A DNA stretch of 27,184 bases from Polyangiaceae bacterium (lineage in GTDB: Bacteria > Myxococcota_A > Polyangia > Polyangiales > Polyangiaceae): assembly GCA_033763455.1 (NCBI GenBank), contig JANRKO010000086.1:1-27184 (forward strand), given 5' to 3'. The translations under genes and the position numbers were made by a program. Every line of letters begins with the position of its first letter. Within the stretch, counting starts at the first letter, position 1. Below the pieces are notes generated by a model that did no database searches, was not told where the DNA came from, and worked only from the letters and a program-made list of their open reading frames with translations. Shown one piece after another: positions 1-8,466 of the stretch.

Positions 1-101
1 GCCTCATCCACCGTTGCGAGGTTATTCCCATCGAAGGCCAGAGCTATCGCGCCAAAGAAGCCAAGGAACGCGCACAAACAAAACAGCGGAGCCCCAACTA
101 A
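1..101 (+). CDS. istB: IS21 helper ATPase IstB, C-terminal fragment (runs off window)
   Basis: Frame from base 3 reads LIHRCEVIPIEGQSYRAKEAKERAQTKQRSPN* (TAA 99-101), matching the IstB C-terminal RLxH...IxGxSYR motif. Not in the ORF track. Confidence 0.82.
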   Translation, partial: LIHRCEVIPIEGQSYRAKEAKERAQTKQRSPN

Positions 102-140
102 ACGCGCTCACATTGGCGCCGTTTTATGTGCCCGCTAACA
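1..140 (+). mobile_element. Right end of an IS21-family insertion sequence
   Basis: istB 3' end followed by a 39-bp non-coding tail ending ...GTGCCCGCTAACA at 140 (reverse complement begins TGTTAGCGGGCAC, matching the TG...CA termini of IS21). An unrelated reading frame resumes immediately after 140. Confidence 0.8.
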
Positions 141-609
141 CACGGTCGAGCGCTGGCTTAAGATCCTGGAGAATCTGTACTTCTGCTACCGAATCGCTCC
201 GTTCGGTGCACCTCGAATCCGCGCCGTCAAGAAGGAGCAAAAGCTCTACCTCTGGGATTGGTCTGCCGTGCCGGGTACCGGACCTCGCTTCGAAAACCTC
301 GTTGGTTCGCACCTTCTCAAGCTATGTCACTATCGCGAGGACACGCAGGGCCTTCGTATGGAGTTACGTTTTTTGCGCGACACCGACGGTCGGGAAGTAG
401 ACTTTGTCGTCATGCAAGGTAAGCAGCCGCTCTTTGCCGTCGAGGTAAAATCAGGGGAGCGGCAGGTGAGCCCCTCGCTGAAGTACTTTAAGGAACGAAC
501 CAAGATCCCACGTTGGTATCAGGTTCACGTCGGAAGCAAGGATACGCTTGTCGACGGGGTACGGCTCCTTCCTTTCAGCACATTTTGCCGCGAGGTTGGT
601 CTCCCGTGA
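141..609 (+). pseudogene. ATP-binding protein (AAA_14 + DUF4143), 3' part, interrupted by IS21
   Basis: Open frame without a start: TVERWLKILENLYFCYRIAPFGAPRIRAVKKEQKLYLWDWS...FENLV...EVDFVV...AVEVKSG. KxYxxD, FEN and EVDF..EVK are DUF4143 hallmarks. Confidence 0.85.
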
Positions 610-652
610 GGGTTGCCGATTCGAGTGGGGGAATTTCATGCCCGGGCGAGTA

Positions 653-943
653 ATCGAACAACTCGTCGACGCTTGCGACTCATTCGAGCCGAGCGCGGAT
701 GACGGCGACGTCGACGGGCCAACTTTAGAGTTTTCGAGCGCCTGGCTGCAGCTGCACTTTGACGATGATGCCGATGCGAGGCTTGCCCTCGACGAGCAGT
801 ACGCCAAGATCCGCGCGGTGCTCGGAGGGAACCACGTTGGTGAGATCTGCCGACTCGATCCGAACCTCGGAATACTTGGGCAGCTTGATGCCCAGCGATT
901 CGACTAGCCAATCAGCCGCCAGCGCGTACCAAGTCCTGAAAAG
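653..943 (-). pseudogene. Decayed, internally deleted PD-(D/E)XK/Rpn-like hypothetical protein gene
   Basis: Minus strand reads LFRTWYALAADWLVESLGIKLPKYSEVRIESADLTNVVPSEHRADLGVLLVEGKPRIGIIVKVQLQPGARKL*SWAVDVAVIRARLE*VASVDELFD with stops at 725-727 and 680-682. Matches a myxobacterial/actinobacterial family recalled as SADLT..P.E.RADLVVLL...VEVQL...SWP.Y...RAR. Confidence 0.72.
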
Positions 944-945
944 GC

Positions 946-1012
946 TTCCGCATTGGCGTCAGGTTCACCTCGAAAGCAAGGAAATCCTGGCCGACGGGTT
1001 GCGACCCTTCCC
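946..1012 (+). repeat. Degenerate direct copy of 506-572 (3' end of the DUF4143 gene)
   Basis: Ungapped offset of 440 bp; 39 of 50 identities for 511-560 vs 951-1000. Translations IPRWYQVHVGSKDTLVDGVR vs LPHWRQVHLESKEILADGLR. Confidence 0.8.
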
Positions 1013-1075
1013 ATCCGAGATGTGAGCTTCCTTGGGCACCTGTGAGTGTGGAGCACAAGGACGAGCTACGGGCGC

Positions 1076-2179
1076 TCACACTCCGCCGGCGCCGGCAGAA
1101 GAGGAGCCACCGGTGCCGCTGGCACCGCCGGTGGCGTTGGGGCAATTTCTCGTGGGGGGCGCTCCTGGCACCTTTTCAGCGGGGTACAAAACATCCGCCG
1201 GCACCTTTTCGAACGTGCCGGGCCTATCTGGTCGAGTCCACCTGACCTCGAAGAAGTCCCCGTCCCCATTCGCTTCTCGATGGAACAGATCGAAATAGTA
1301 ATAGTTGCCAGCCACCATAGCTACCGCCTGCGACTTCTGCCCGGGCTGATCGAAGGTGTAAAGCCCGGCGAAATCGTCCACTACGCAACGTGCCTTTGCA
1401 CCAAGTGGCGTCGATTCCGTTTGCCCATTGGCAATATCCGTACTGATAAAGAGAATCGACGAGTTGTCAGATGAGATAAAGAAAGCGTAATTCCCCGTAA
1501 CAGGCGCCTTGATGTAACCGCGCACTCGCTCGCCATAATTGTCCCCATACGAAATTGGCTGAGCTGGGATGAAAGGTGCATGGCTCGTAAGGCCATTCAT
1601 CAATTGGTCGGTCGAAGTTGGGTTGTCCGGAAAATTCGGCGAATATTGACAGGACGTGAACGAATCAACGTCCCCCTGATAACCTGGGTAACCAGGGAGA
1701 GGCACGTTGCTCCAGAATTCGCGAAGCGCTGTGCCAGCCTGGGCACCACGCCTTACATACCCAACACAACCCGTGTCGGAACGGCACCCTTGCTCACCAG
1801 TGTTGGTGCATTCACCTTGGCCATCGCACAGAAAGTTGCGAACCATGGGACTCGGAACCACAGTGCCCCCACCCATCCCCGCCCCGGCCGCTCCCCCCGA
1901 AGCAACACCACCCGTTCCACCGGTCGCCTTGCCGCCCGTACCGCCAGCACCGCCCGCTAAGCTTAGACCACCCGTGCCACCGGAACCCCCGGCAACCGTA
2001 GTCCCACCCGAAGGGCCAGCTCCACCCAGGCTCGCGCCGCCTGTACCTCCAGCGGAGCTACCAGTGGAGCCCCCTGTGACCCCGCCGGCGCGCGGCGGCG
2101 ACGGCGTTGGCGAAGAACAAGCGTAAAAAACCGCGAGCGCGGCGCAACCAGAACCAACCCAACCAAGCTTTGTTGCCAT
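1076..2179 (-). CDS. PA14-domain lipoprotein with Gly/Ser/Thr-rich linker
   Basis: Signal peptide ending FYAC; long GGTGG-type linker; PA14 motif DNYGERVRGYIKAPVTGNYAFFISSDNSSILFIS...HREANGDGDFFEVRW. Start taken at ATG 2179. Confidence 0.85.
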   Translation of the reverse strand: MATKLGWVGSGCAALAVFYACSSPTPSPPRAGGVTGGSTGSSAGGTGGASLGGAGPSGGTTVAGGSGGTGGLSLAGGAGGTGGKATGGTGGVASGGAAGAGMGGGTVVPSPMVRNFLCDGQGECTNTGEQGCRSDTGCVGYVRRGAQAGTALREFWSNVPLPGYPGYQGDVDSFTSCQYSPNFPDNPTSTDQLMNGLTSHAPFIPAQPISYGDNYGERVRGYIKAPVTGNYAFFISSDNSSILFISTDIANGQTESTPLGAKARCVVDDFAGLYTFDQPGQKSQAVAMVAGNYYYFDLFHREANGDGDFFEVRWTRPDRPGTFEKVPADVLYPAEKVPGAPPTRNCPNATGGASGTGGSSSAGAGGV

Positions 2180-2243
2180 GAATAGATCCACCAATGAGCA
2201 CGCGTTTCCCGCTGCCTGCCCAAGTTATGCCGTTAAGGCGCGC

Positions 2244-2273
2244 ACTATGCCCGATGCTGTCCGCGAGCGTCAA
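2244..2273 (-). promoter_or_regulatory. Possible sigma70-type promoter of the PA14 lipoprotein gene
   Basis: Minus strand TTGACG-N18-CATAGT, 64 bp upstream of the ATG. Confidence 0.3.
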
Positions 2274-2373
2274 GGCGAACAAACGGCAACAGGTAACGCT
2301 CCAACGCTAAGGGGCTTGGTTCGGCAACAGCAACGCAGCCTCAGAGCAAGTCACTCACTGAGCGAATCCCCCC

Positions 2374-2408
2374 CAACGCCACCGTCAGTCCCACGGCTGA
2401 CGGCGTTG
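2374..2408 (-). terminator. Stem-loop downstream of the fibro-slime gene
   Basis: CAACGCC(ACC bulge)GTCAGTC-ccac-GGCTGACGGCGTTG forms a 14-bp stem including one G-T pair; no U-tract. Confidence 0.35.
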
Positions 2409-2454
2409 TGCTACCCGAGGACCCGCATGAACCGACAGGGCGGAGGGATGCTGT

Positions 2455-3426
2455 TCAACGCACAATCGGATCGCAATTGGAGAACGTAATGTTCGTGGTC
2501 GCCTTGAAGTTCGATGTGGTGGTGCGGCGCTCTGCGTGGAACACGCTGAGCTCGTATTCTTTATCCGGCATCAACCCCAACTTATCAAGCTCAACCATGC
2601 CGAACGCTTGCGGATGAAGGCCACCTACGTCCACGGCAAGCTTCCTATCGATGAACACCCAGAGGTCATCGTCCCCAAAAAAGCTAAAGACCTGGCCGGG
2701 CTTGTAGATGAACTTCGTATTGAGCTCAAACGTGAAGTGGTAGTTGTGAAAAGGAGGGAGGATCGCCTTGGGCTCCTGGTCCGACTTGGATTCATCCTTA
2801 TTTTCACCCCATTGCACATCCTGGGCTTGCGTGCCCTTCCCATCGATGGGGAAGAAACTTGTGGACTCGTAGGTGGTTGCGCCAGTGACCTGGTCGACAG
2901 ATTTCGTGATGCTTGCCGATGCCGGTGGATTATCTAGATCCAGCTCCACCTTCGCATTAGCGGGGTGGGCGGTGCTGTACCAGAGGTCGAAACTAGCTTT
3001 GCTGGTAATCTGGACGTCGCCGGGCGGCTGCGGGTCCGCGTATTCGGGGGCGCCATTGGCGCCGAGCGTGCTCTTCACCAAGCCCGGAGTAATCCCGGGG
3101 CCGACAAATTGTTCGAAGTCGGGATGGGGGTTCACGGTGGAGTACTTGGAATTAAAATCCCGAACGATCCCGATCAGCTTGGGCTGACAGTCCGTCTTCA
3201 CGTTGCCCACACCCAAGTTCGGGTCAATCGCCCCAATTTGGACAGTCCCGGTGCTTGCAGGGGACGGCTTGAACACGCCACTGCTGCCTCCCGTTTCCGG
3301 GGAGGTTCCAGAGGTGACCGGGCTGGATGTAGAGCCGGGGTCTGTTGACGTTGCCGAGCATGCGCCCAATGCGCTGCTAAGGGCGAGAAGGGCGACCGTG
3401 GTAAATAGGGGTGTTGCTGTTCTCAT
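2455..3426 (-). CDS. Fibro-slime domain lipoprotein
   Basis: GAGGA RBS before ATG 3426; lipobox LGAC; RDF...HPDFE, FFPID, HNYHFTFEL and FFGDDDLWVFIDRKLAVDVGGLH...FHAER motifs of the fibro-slime family. Confidence 0.92.
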   Translation of the reverse strand: MRTATPLFTTVALLALSSALGACSATSTDPGSTSSPVTSGTSPETGGSSGVFKPSPASTGTVQIGAIDPNLGVGNVKTDCQPKLIGIVRDFNSKYSTVNPHPDFEQFVGPGITPGLVKSTLGANGAPEYADPQPPGDVQITSKASFDLWYSTAHPANAKVELDLDNPPASASITKSVDQVTGATTYESTSFFPIDGKGTQAQDVQWGENKDESKSDQEPKAILPPFHNYHFTFELNTKFIYKPGQVFSFFGDDDLWVFIDRKLAVDVGGLHPQAFGMVELDKLGLMPDKEYELSVFHAERRTTTSNFKATTNITFSNCDPIVR

Positions 3427-3883
3427 AGGTTCCTCGCGACAACGCACTCGTAGGTTAAGCGGTGGATGGGGCCCAGGGCTGAGAGAGGTGGTGGCTCTCG
3501 GCAGGCTGAACTGTTTTGAACTTTTATTCGACTTTTCGCAACCCTAAATAAGCTAACGCCAGGTTGCGCTCGGCCTTGATTCCACCTAAGGCGTTGACAC
3601 GCCGCCGCACACCCGGAGGGGTGATCAGCCGATGAAACTAGCACTATCCGGCATTTCGAGCAATTGGTTGTTGCGGGGGTTGAGCTTATCTCGGTGCTTT
3701 TGGATGGTGGTTCCAGCGGGTGTCAGCTGTTCAGAGGAGCAACGCGCGTTTCCACCTGACGCGACGCGGCGGGTGCCGTCAGCGGCTTACGGTCCCCAGA
3801 GACTGGCCTCAGTTGCTGAAGATTTGCTGCCTCTCGACGTCTGGCAGGAGTGACCCTATGCCGGGCCCCAAAGGAAAACCACC

Positions 3884-4399
3884 ATGCTCTACGACATCAC
3901 TATCACGCAGTTTCAGAAGTCCCTTGAGAACCTCAACGCTATTTTGGACAAAGCCAAGGCTTTCGCGATGGAGAAGAAGGTAGATACCGAAGTACTGCTC
4001 CAGGCTCGCCTGGCGCCGGACCAGTTCCCCCTTATGCGCCAGCTGCAAATTGCCTGTGACACCGCCAAGCTAGGAGCCGCTCGCGTCACAGGCAAGGAAG
4101 CGCCTTCGCATCCCGACACGGAGAAGACCCTGAGTGAGATCAAGGCTCGCATTGAAAGCGTTATCTCGTACTTGCGTGGTTTCTCCCCCGCCGATTTCAA
4201 GGGAGCTGAAGAGCGCCACGTGAGCCAGCCGCGGTGGGAGGGCAAATACCTCACGGCATCCGAGTATGCGATTCAACATATGATTCCGAACTTCTATTTT
4301 CACATTACGACGGCGTACGCGATCCTTCGCCACAACGGCGTGGAGATAGGAAAGAAGGATTACTTGGGTGCTTTGCCGCTCAAGGGGCCGAAGGGCTAA
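3884..4399 (+). CDS. DUF1993 family protein
   Basis: AAGGA RBS; ARLAPDQFPL..Q.Q and PNFYFHITTAYAILRHNGVEIGKKDYLG signature. Confidence 0.93.
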   Translation: MLYDITITQFQKSLENLNAILDKAKAFAMEKKVDTEVLLQARLAPDQFPLMRQLQIACDTAKLGAARVTGKEAPSHPDTEKTLSEIKARIESVISYLRGFSPADFKGAEERHVSQPRWEGKYLTASEYAIQHMIPNFYFHITTAYAILRHNGVEIGKKDYLGALPLKGPKG

Positions 4400-4449
4400 G
4401 CGGCGGCCCACCACAGCCTACCTTCTTCGCGGGCAAAGCTCGGGACCTA

Positions 4450-4624
4450 CTAGGGATTGACACAGGAATCCACCTCCACGGGAAACTGCAAGACTGCCTT
4501 CTCCGTTTCAAGCTTCAGCCGACCACCTGAAAACTGAAACCGGGACAATCGCATCGGCAGCGCTCGGAACGTACGACACGTAGACGTACTCGTTCCGAGA
4601 AAAATCTGGGTCTGCCGTTATCCC
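4450..4624 (-). pseudogene. Internal fragment of a PQQ-dependent glucose/sorbosone dehydrogenase family gene
   Basis: GITADPDFSRNEYVYVSYVP, then after a frameshift MRLSRFQFSGGRLKLETEKAVLQFPVEVDSC; matches the GSDH pattern G+..DPDF..N.YVYV.Y...RLSRF......E+.+L. Confidence 0.65.
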
Positions 4625-4707
4625 AAACCGCAACAGTTTTCCAATAGACACGCCCGGAAGGGAACCCTAGGCCCTGCCCCTAGGGCGCGCTGGCCCTCAC
4701 CGCCGCC

Positions 4708-5268
4708 CTACCGCTCCCAAAGCCCCGCCAATTCAAGCTCAATCGCGTCGAACGGCTCCGCACGCACCGTGGCGGCACCTTCCCAACTTCCGCTTCGGAT
4801 CCAGTGTTCACCAGAGAGCTGGTAAACTTCGAGCGTCTGAGCGTTGGGATCGAGCAGCCACGCATGCGCCACGCCCTCACGCGCATAGATGTTCATCTTC
4901 CGCACGCGATCGATCGATTGGGTGGAGGGCGAGAGCACCTCACACACCCAATCCGGGGCCAGTGTGAAGGCGGGGGTGTGCGGGAGTTCGGGCATGCGCT
5001 CCCGACGCCAGCCGGCCAAATCTGGAACCAGAACGTCCGCCCTGAGGTGCAGCTCTGGCTCGTCGAGAATGATCCACCCGCCGGGGCCGCCCTTGCCGCG
5101 ATCGAAGGGTGAGCCCAGATCCATCCCAAGGCGAGAAGCTGAGCGCGCATGAGCGGACGCCGGCCGGGGCATCACCACCAGTTCGGCGTCGATGATTTGA
5201 GCGACCATCCCATCGGGGACTGCCAGCAAGTCTTCGTAGGTTGCGCGCTTTTTTGCAGTCTCCGCCAT
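4708..5268 (-). CDS. Uma2 (DUF820) family PD-(D/E)XK endonuclease
   Basis: RATYEDL N-terminus, EPELHL..DVLVPDLAGWRRERMP, PDWVCEVLSPST..DR.RK..YAREGV motifs. Confidence 0.95.
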   Translation of the reverse strand: MAETAKKRATYEDLLAVPDGMVAQIIDAELVVMPRPASAHARSASRLGMDLGSPFDRGKGGPGGWIILDEPELHLRADVLVPDLAGWRRERMPELPHTPAFTLAPDWVCEVLSPSTQSIDRVRKMNIYAREGVAHAWLLDPNAQTLEVYQLSGEHWIRSGSWEGAATVRAEPFDAIELELAGLWER

Positions 5269-5557
5269 ACCAGAGCGTTTAGCACTTTTTTGTCGCCAAC
5301 GCTCTATCCGGTGCGGCTTCCCCCCGCGTTGTCCTTTCGTTCAATCGTGCACATAGAGGCTTCTGAACGCACCTGGATCTACATGAAGGCGGGCAGCGCT
5401 CGCCACGATCCTCCGCGTCCAAAGCACGGCGCTCAGCGGCCGAAAGCCTTTTGGGCATGCGGCTGCAAAGGCGTTGGAAGTGCGCCAAGTGAAGGACATC
5501 CGCCTCAGGGCGAGCTTCGTAGTTGCGCGATAGTACGTCCGGCTTGCCTTGATCAGT

Positions 5558-6138
5558 AACGATGCGGTGACGGCCCTTGGCCGTACGCTCACGGCGACGC
5601 GCGCCGCGTTGCGGCGGCTCAGGAGAAGGGAGAGCTCGCCGATCCGCACCGCGGCTTCCACGTGATCGTGCCGCCTGAATACCAGGCCCTTGGCTGCCTG
5701 CCCGCTGACCAGTTCGTCCCCGACCTGGTGCAACGCCTCGCAGTGCCCTACTACGTGACGTTGCTTAGCGCGGCCGCCTATCACGGCGCCGCATTCGCGG
5801 TGAACGAGCTCTTGGCGACCAAGCTGCGTGCACTCTACCAGCGCAAGAAGGGTCGTGACCTGTTCGATCTGTGGTTGGCGATCGAGAAAGGGGTCGTCGA
5901 TCCGCCGACGCTGCTCGCATCCTTTCAGAGGTACATGACCGAAGGCGGGCACGAGGTGAGTCGAGCCCAGTTTGAGGCCAACCTCCACGAGAAACGCAGC
6001 GCGCCGGTATTCAGGGCGGACCTCGATCGGTTCCTGCGCCCTGGTCTCACATGGGACTGTGACACTGCAATGGACGTAGTGTTGGAGCGAATCGTCGCCC
6101 ACCTACCCGGCGCAGCGTGGAAGGGTGCAACGCGATAA
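5558..6138 (+). pseudogene. Collapsed type IV toxin-antitoxin locus: AbiEi N-terminal part fused in frame to AbiEii C-terminal part
   Basis: DAVTALGRTLTATRAALRRL / 1-bp frameshift near 5621 / EKGELADPHRGFHVIVPPEY...YYVTLLSAAAYHGAA is AbiEi-like; from 5794 ELLATKLRALYQRKKGRDLFDL is the AbiEii KLxA...RDxxD motif. Confidence 0.85.
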
Positions 6139-6157
6139 CGAAGGATCCGGCCGAACC

Positions 6158-7171
6158 TCAATCCCCCCGCAACCGAATAAACTCAGGCTGGGCTACCTGC
6201 ATTTGCTGGGGCACCTTGCCGGCTACGATAGCCTCTAAATCATTGACCACCAGGTGCCCAATGTTCTGGATGCCTTCGCGAATTGCGCCCGCGCGGTGAG
6301 AAGAGAGCACCACGTTCGGGAGCTTGCGGATCGGATGGTCGCGATCCAGCGGCTCAACCGGAAAGACGTCGATGCCAGCGCGAAAGCGCTTCTTCACGAG
6401 CAGATCCGTCAGGGCATCGAAATCAACCACGCTGGCGCGGCTCATCAAGAGCAACACAGCATCCGGGCGGATCATCTCCAGCTTCTCGCGGTTCAGGAAA
6501 TGCTTGTTGGCTGAGGTCGGCACGGCGAGCACATAGATGAAGCGCGATGTCTTGAGCAGCGTGTCGAGGTCCACAGGCGTGACGCCTTGGGTGCGCAAAT
6601 AGGTATCCGTGAGCCAGGGGTCATACACTTGGATCGGGCCGCGAAAGGGCTCTACGAGTGGCTTCAGGCTTCGCGCGAGGCTGCCAAAGCCGATGAAACC
6701 CACGGGCTTGTCGAAGAGCGTGAACGAATCGTTGAGATCGGTGTGGCTCCAGTTGGCTTCCCGATCGGCCGCACGGAAACCGCCGTCCGTCCAGGCGATA
6801 TCACGCGCACAGGCTAACGCCAAGCCGAGTGCCATTTCGGCCACTGTGGGTCCGAATGCTGGAGCGCAGCTCAGCACCCGAATGCTGCGTTCAAAGCACG
6901 TCTTGTAGTCGAAGTCGGCGGGCGAAGGATGACCACCGCCCACCTCCAGAAAAGCGGTGAGCTTGGGAAAGCGAGAAAAATCCCCGTGGCGCCAGCGGCC
7001 AGACACCACGGCAACCACCTCTTTGGCCACCTTGGCAATCTCTGCGTCCGGCATTGGCTCGTTCTTGCCCCACACCACATCAGCAATTGAGTACAAACGC
7101 TCACGATCCGCGTCAGAAAACACGTCTTCCATGCGGCGGCCATGCGGATCCACGATGACTTTTTGCTTCAT
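6158..7171 (-). CDS. D-isomer-specific 2-hydroxyacid dehydrogenase family protein
   Basis: Rossmann GFIGFGSLA, YDPW, catalytic Arg (MSRASVVD), Glu (DVFPVEP) and His (SSHRAG). Start taken at ATG 7171. Confidence 0.92.
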   Translation of the reverse strand: MKQKVIVDPHGRRMEDVFSDADRERLYSIADVVWGKNEPMPDAEIAKVAKEVVAVVSGRWRHGDFSRFPKLTAFLEVGGGHPSPADFDYKTCFERSIRVLSCAPAFGPTVAEMALGLALACARDIAWTDGGFRAADREANWSHTDLNDSFTLFDKPVGFIGFGSLARSLKPLVEPFRGPIQVYDPWLTDTYLRTQGVTPVDLDTLLKTSRFIYVLAVPTSANKHFLNREKLEMIRPDAVLLLMSRASVVDFDALTDLLVKKRFRAGIDVFPVEPLDRDHPIRKLPNVVLSSHRAGAIREGIQNIGHLVVNDLEAIVAGKVPQQMQVAQPEFIRLRGD

Positions 7172-7322
7172 AATGCTCTCGCTTTTCTGTGGGGGTGGCA
7201 AAAGGGCTTTCCTTCCAGCCTCTCGCTTCTGGTACACCTGCCCGGTTCGGCGAGCAAGAGTTTCTCGCGACAGAGTGTCAGGTCTCCGCACCCGAATCCC
7301 AGTTTTCTAAGAGGCACCCAGT

Positions 7323-8462
7323 ATGAGCTTGCGCGTTGCGTTTATCGGTACAGGCCAGATTGCCGAGAGTCACCTCAAGGGCTTGCACTCGCTCGCCGAG
7401 CACCCCCGTGCTCCCGAGTTCACCTTAAGCTCCGTCGTGGACACACTCCCCGGTCGCGCCGCGGAGTTCGCGAAAGCTTACGTGAAGGACCAAGCGGCAC
7501 CGCAGATCCTCTCCGACTACCGCGAACTCTTGAAGGGCCCTGAGCGGCCTGACATCGCCGCCATCTTGGTGCCCCACCACCTGCACCTCGAAGTCACCTC
7601 CGCATTTTTGGAAGCGGGCATTGCCGTGCAACTCCAGAAGCCGATCGGCCTGGGAATTCGGGACGGTCGGCGGATTGTGGAGCTTGCCCAAAAGACGGGA
7701 ACGCCGCTAGTTATCTCCGAACCAGCGGTGCTAGGGAAAGACAGAGCGCAGATCGACTGGCTGCGTTCTGGGCAGGCTATCGGAAAGCCTACCTTCATGA
7801 TCGACCAAGCTGTGCTCGATCTGAAGGGCGGATTTTTCATGACACCGTGGCGCCACCTCAAAGCTTACGCAGGCGCAGGTTGGTTCATCGATCACGGCGT
7901 GCACCGAACGCACTGGATGTTAGACGTGCTCGGGCCCTGTAAGACAGCCTTCGCACGCACTCGGCAGCTAGAAGCCACTCGCGCCAACGAGCGCTGGGGC
8001 AAAGTGGCTGTGGACACCGAAGATCTCGCGATGGCAACGCTTGAGTTCGAATCTGGCGCTCTGTGCCAATTCAGTGTTGCGAGCGGTGGCCGCGGTGGTT
8101 GGCATTTTCAGGTGAAGCTGTGGGGAGAACGCGGAAGTTGGGAGCGCGAACGCTTCCAGTTGACGGGTGAAGAGGCTCCGAGCCCAATACCAGATCTTCC
8201 TTTTTCCCAACCTGCCGATCCTTTCGGTCACAGCTTTCTGGAACTGGCGCAGCTGATGCAAGATCCGAAAGCTGCTGTAATCGGGAGCGCTGAACGGGCG
8301 CTCGAAGCCGAGGCCATTATTTACGCGTGTTTGGAGTCGGCTCACACCGGAGAACCCGTAGCGGTGGCGGATATCCTTTCGGGAAAGCGCCAGAGCTATG
8401 AAGCCACCGTATGGGCTCTGCGCGAACGCCTGGCCTACGACGAGATGAATCGGCTCACATGA
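7323..8462 (+). CDS. Gfo/Idh/MocA family oxidoreductase
   Basis: GAGG RBS; VAFIGTGQIA, VPHHLH, QKP variant of EKP, GWFIDHGVH, VDTEDLA motifs. Confidence 0.92.
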   Translation: MSLRVAFIGTGQIAESHLKGLHSLAEHPRAPEFTLSSVVDTLPGRAAEFAKAYVKDQAAPQILSDYRELLKGPERPDIAAILVPHHLHLEVTSAFLEAGIAVQLQKPIGLGIRDGRRIVELAQKTGTPLVISEPAVLGKDRAQIDWLRSGQAIGKPTFMIDQAVLDLKGGFFMTPWRHLKAYAGAGWFIDHGVHRTHWMLDVLGPCKTAFARTRQLEATRANERWGKVAVDTEDLAMATLEFESGALCQFSVASGGRGGWHFQVKLWGERGSWERERFQLTGEEAPSPIPDLPFSQPADPFGHSFLELAQLMQDPKAAVIGSAERALEAEAIIYACLESAHTGEPVAVADILSGKRQSYEATVWALRERLAYDEMNRLT

Positions 8463-8466
8463 GCCA

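Noticed and set aside
548..907. 119-aa + strand ORF as a real gene
   Set aside because: It is the antisense shadow of the recognisable minus-strand pseudogene at 653-943.
506..1012. Diversity-generating retroelement VR/TR pair
   Set aside because: Mismatches are not adenine-specific (G/C, T/C, T/G, C/T occur) and no adjacent RT gene is present.
1860..2100. GC-rich repetitive tract as a repeat array or a Pro-rich + strand gene
   Set aside because: Explained by the Gly/Thr/Ala linker codons of the minus-strand PA14 lipoprotein.
3551..3600. attC-like site (GCTAACGCC...GGCGTTGAC)
   Set aside because: Ends do not fit RYYYAAC/GTTRRRY, inner pairing is poor, and no integrase or second site was found.
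3632..3853. 73-aa ORF between fibro-slime and DUF1993 genes
   Set aside because: No recognisable motif or coding-like composition; left unannotated.
4563..4599. Hairpin CTCGGAACG...CGTTCCGAG as an intrinsic terminator
   Set aside because: The A/T run lies on the wrong side for either strand and the hairpin falls within the GSDH coding relic.
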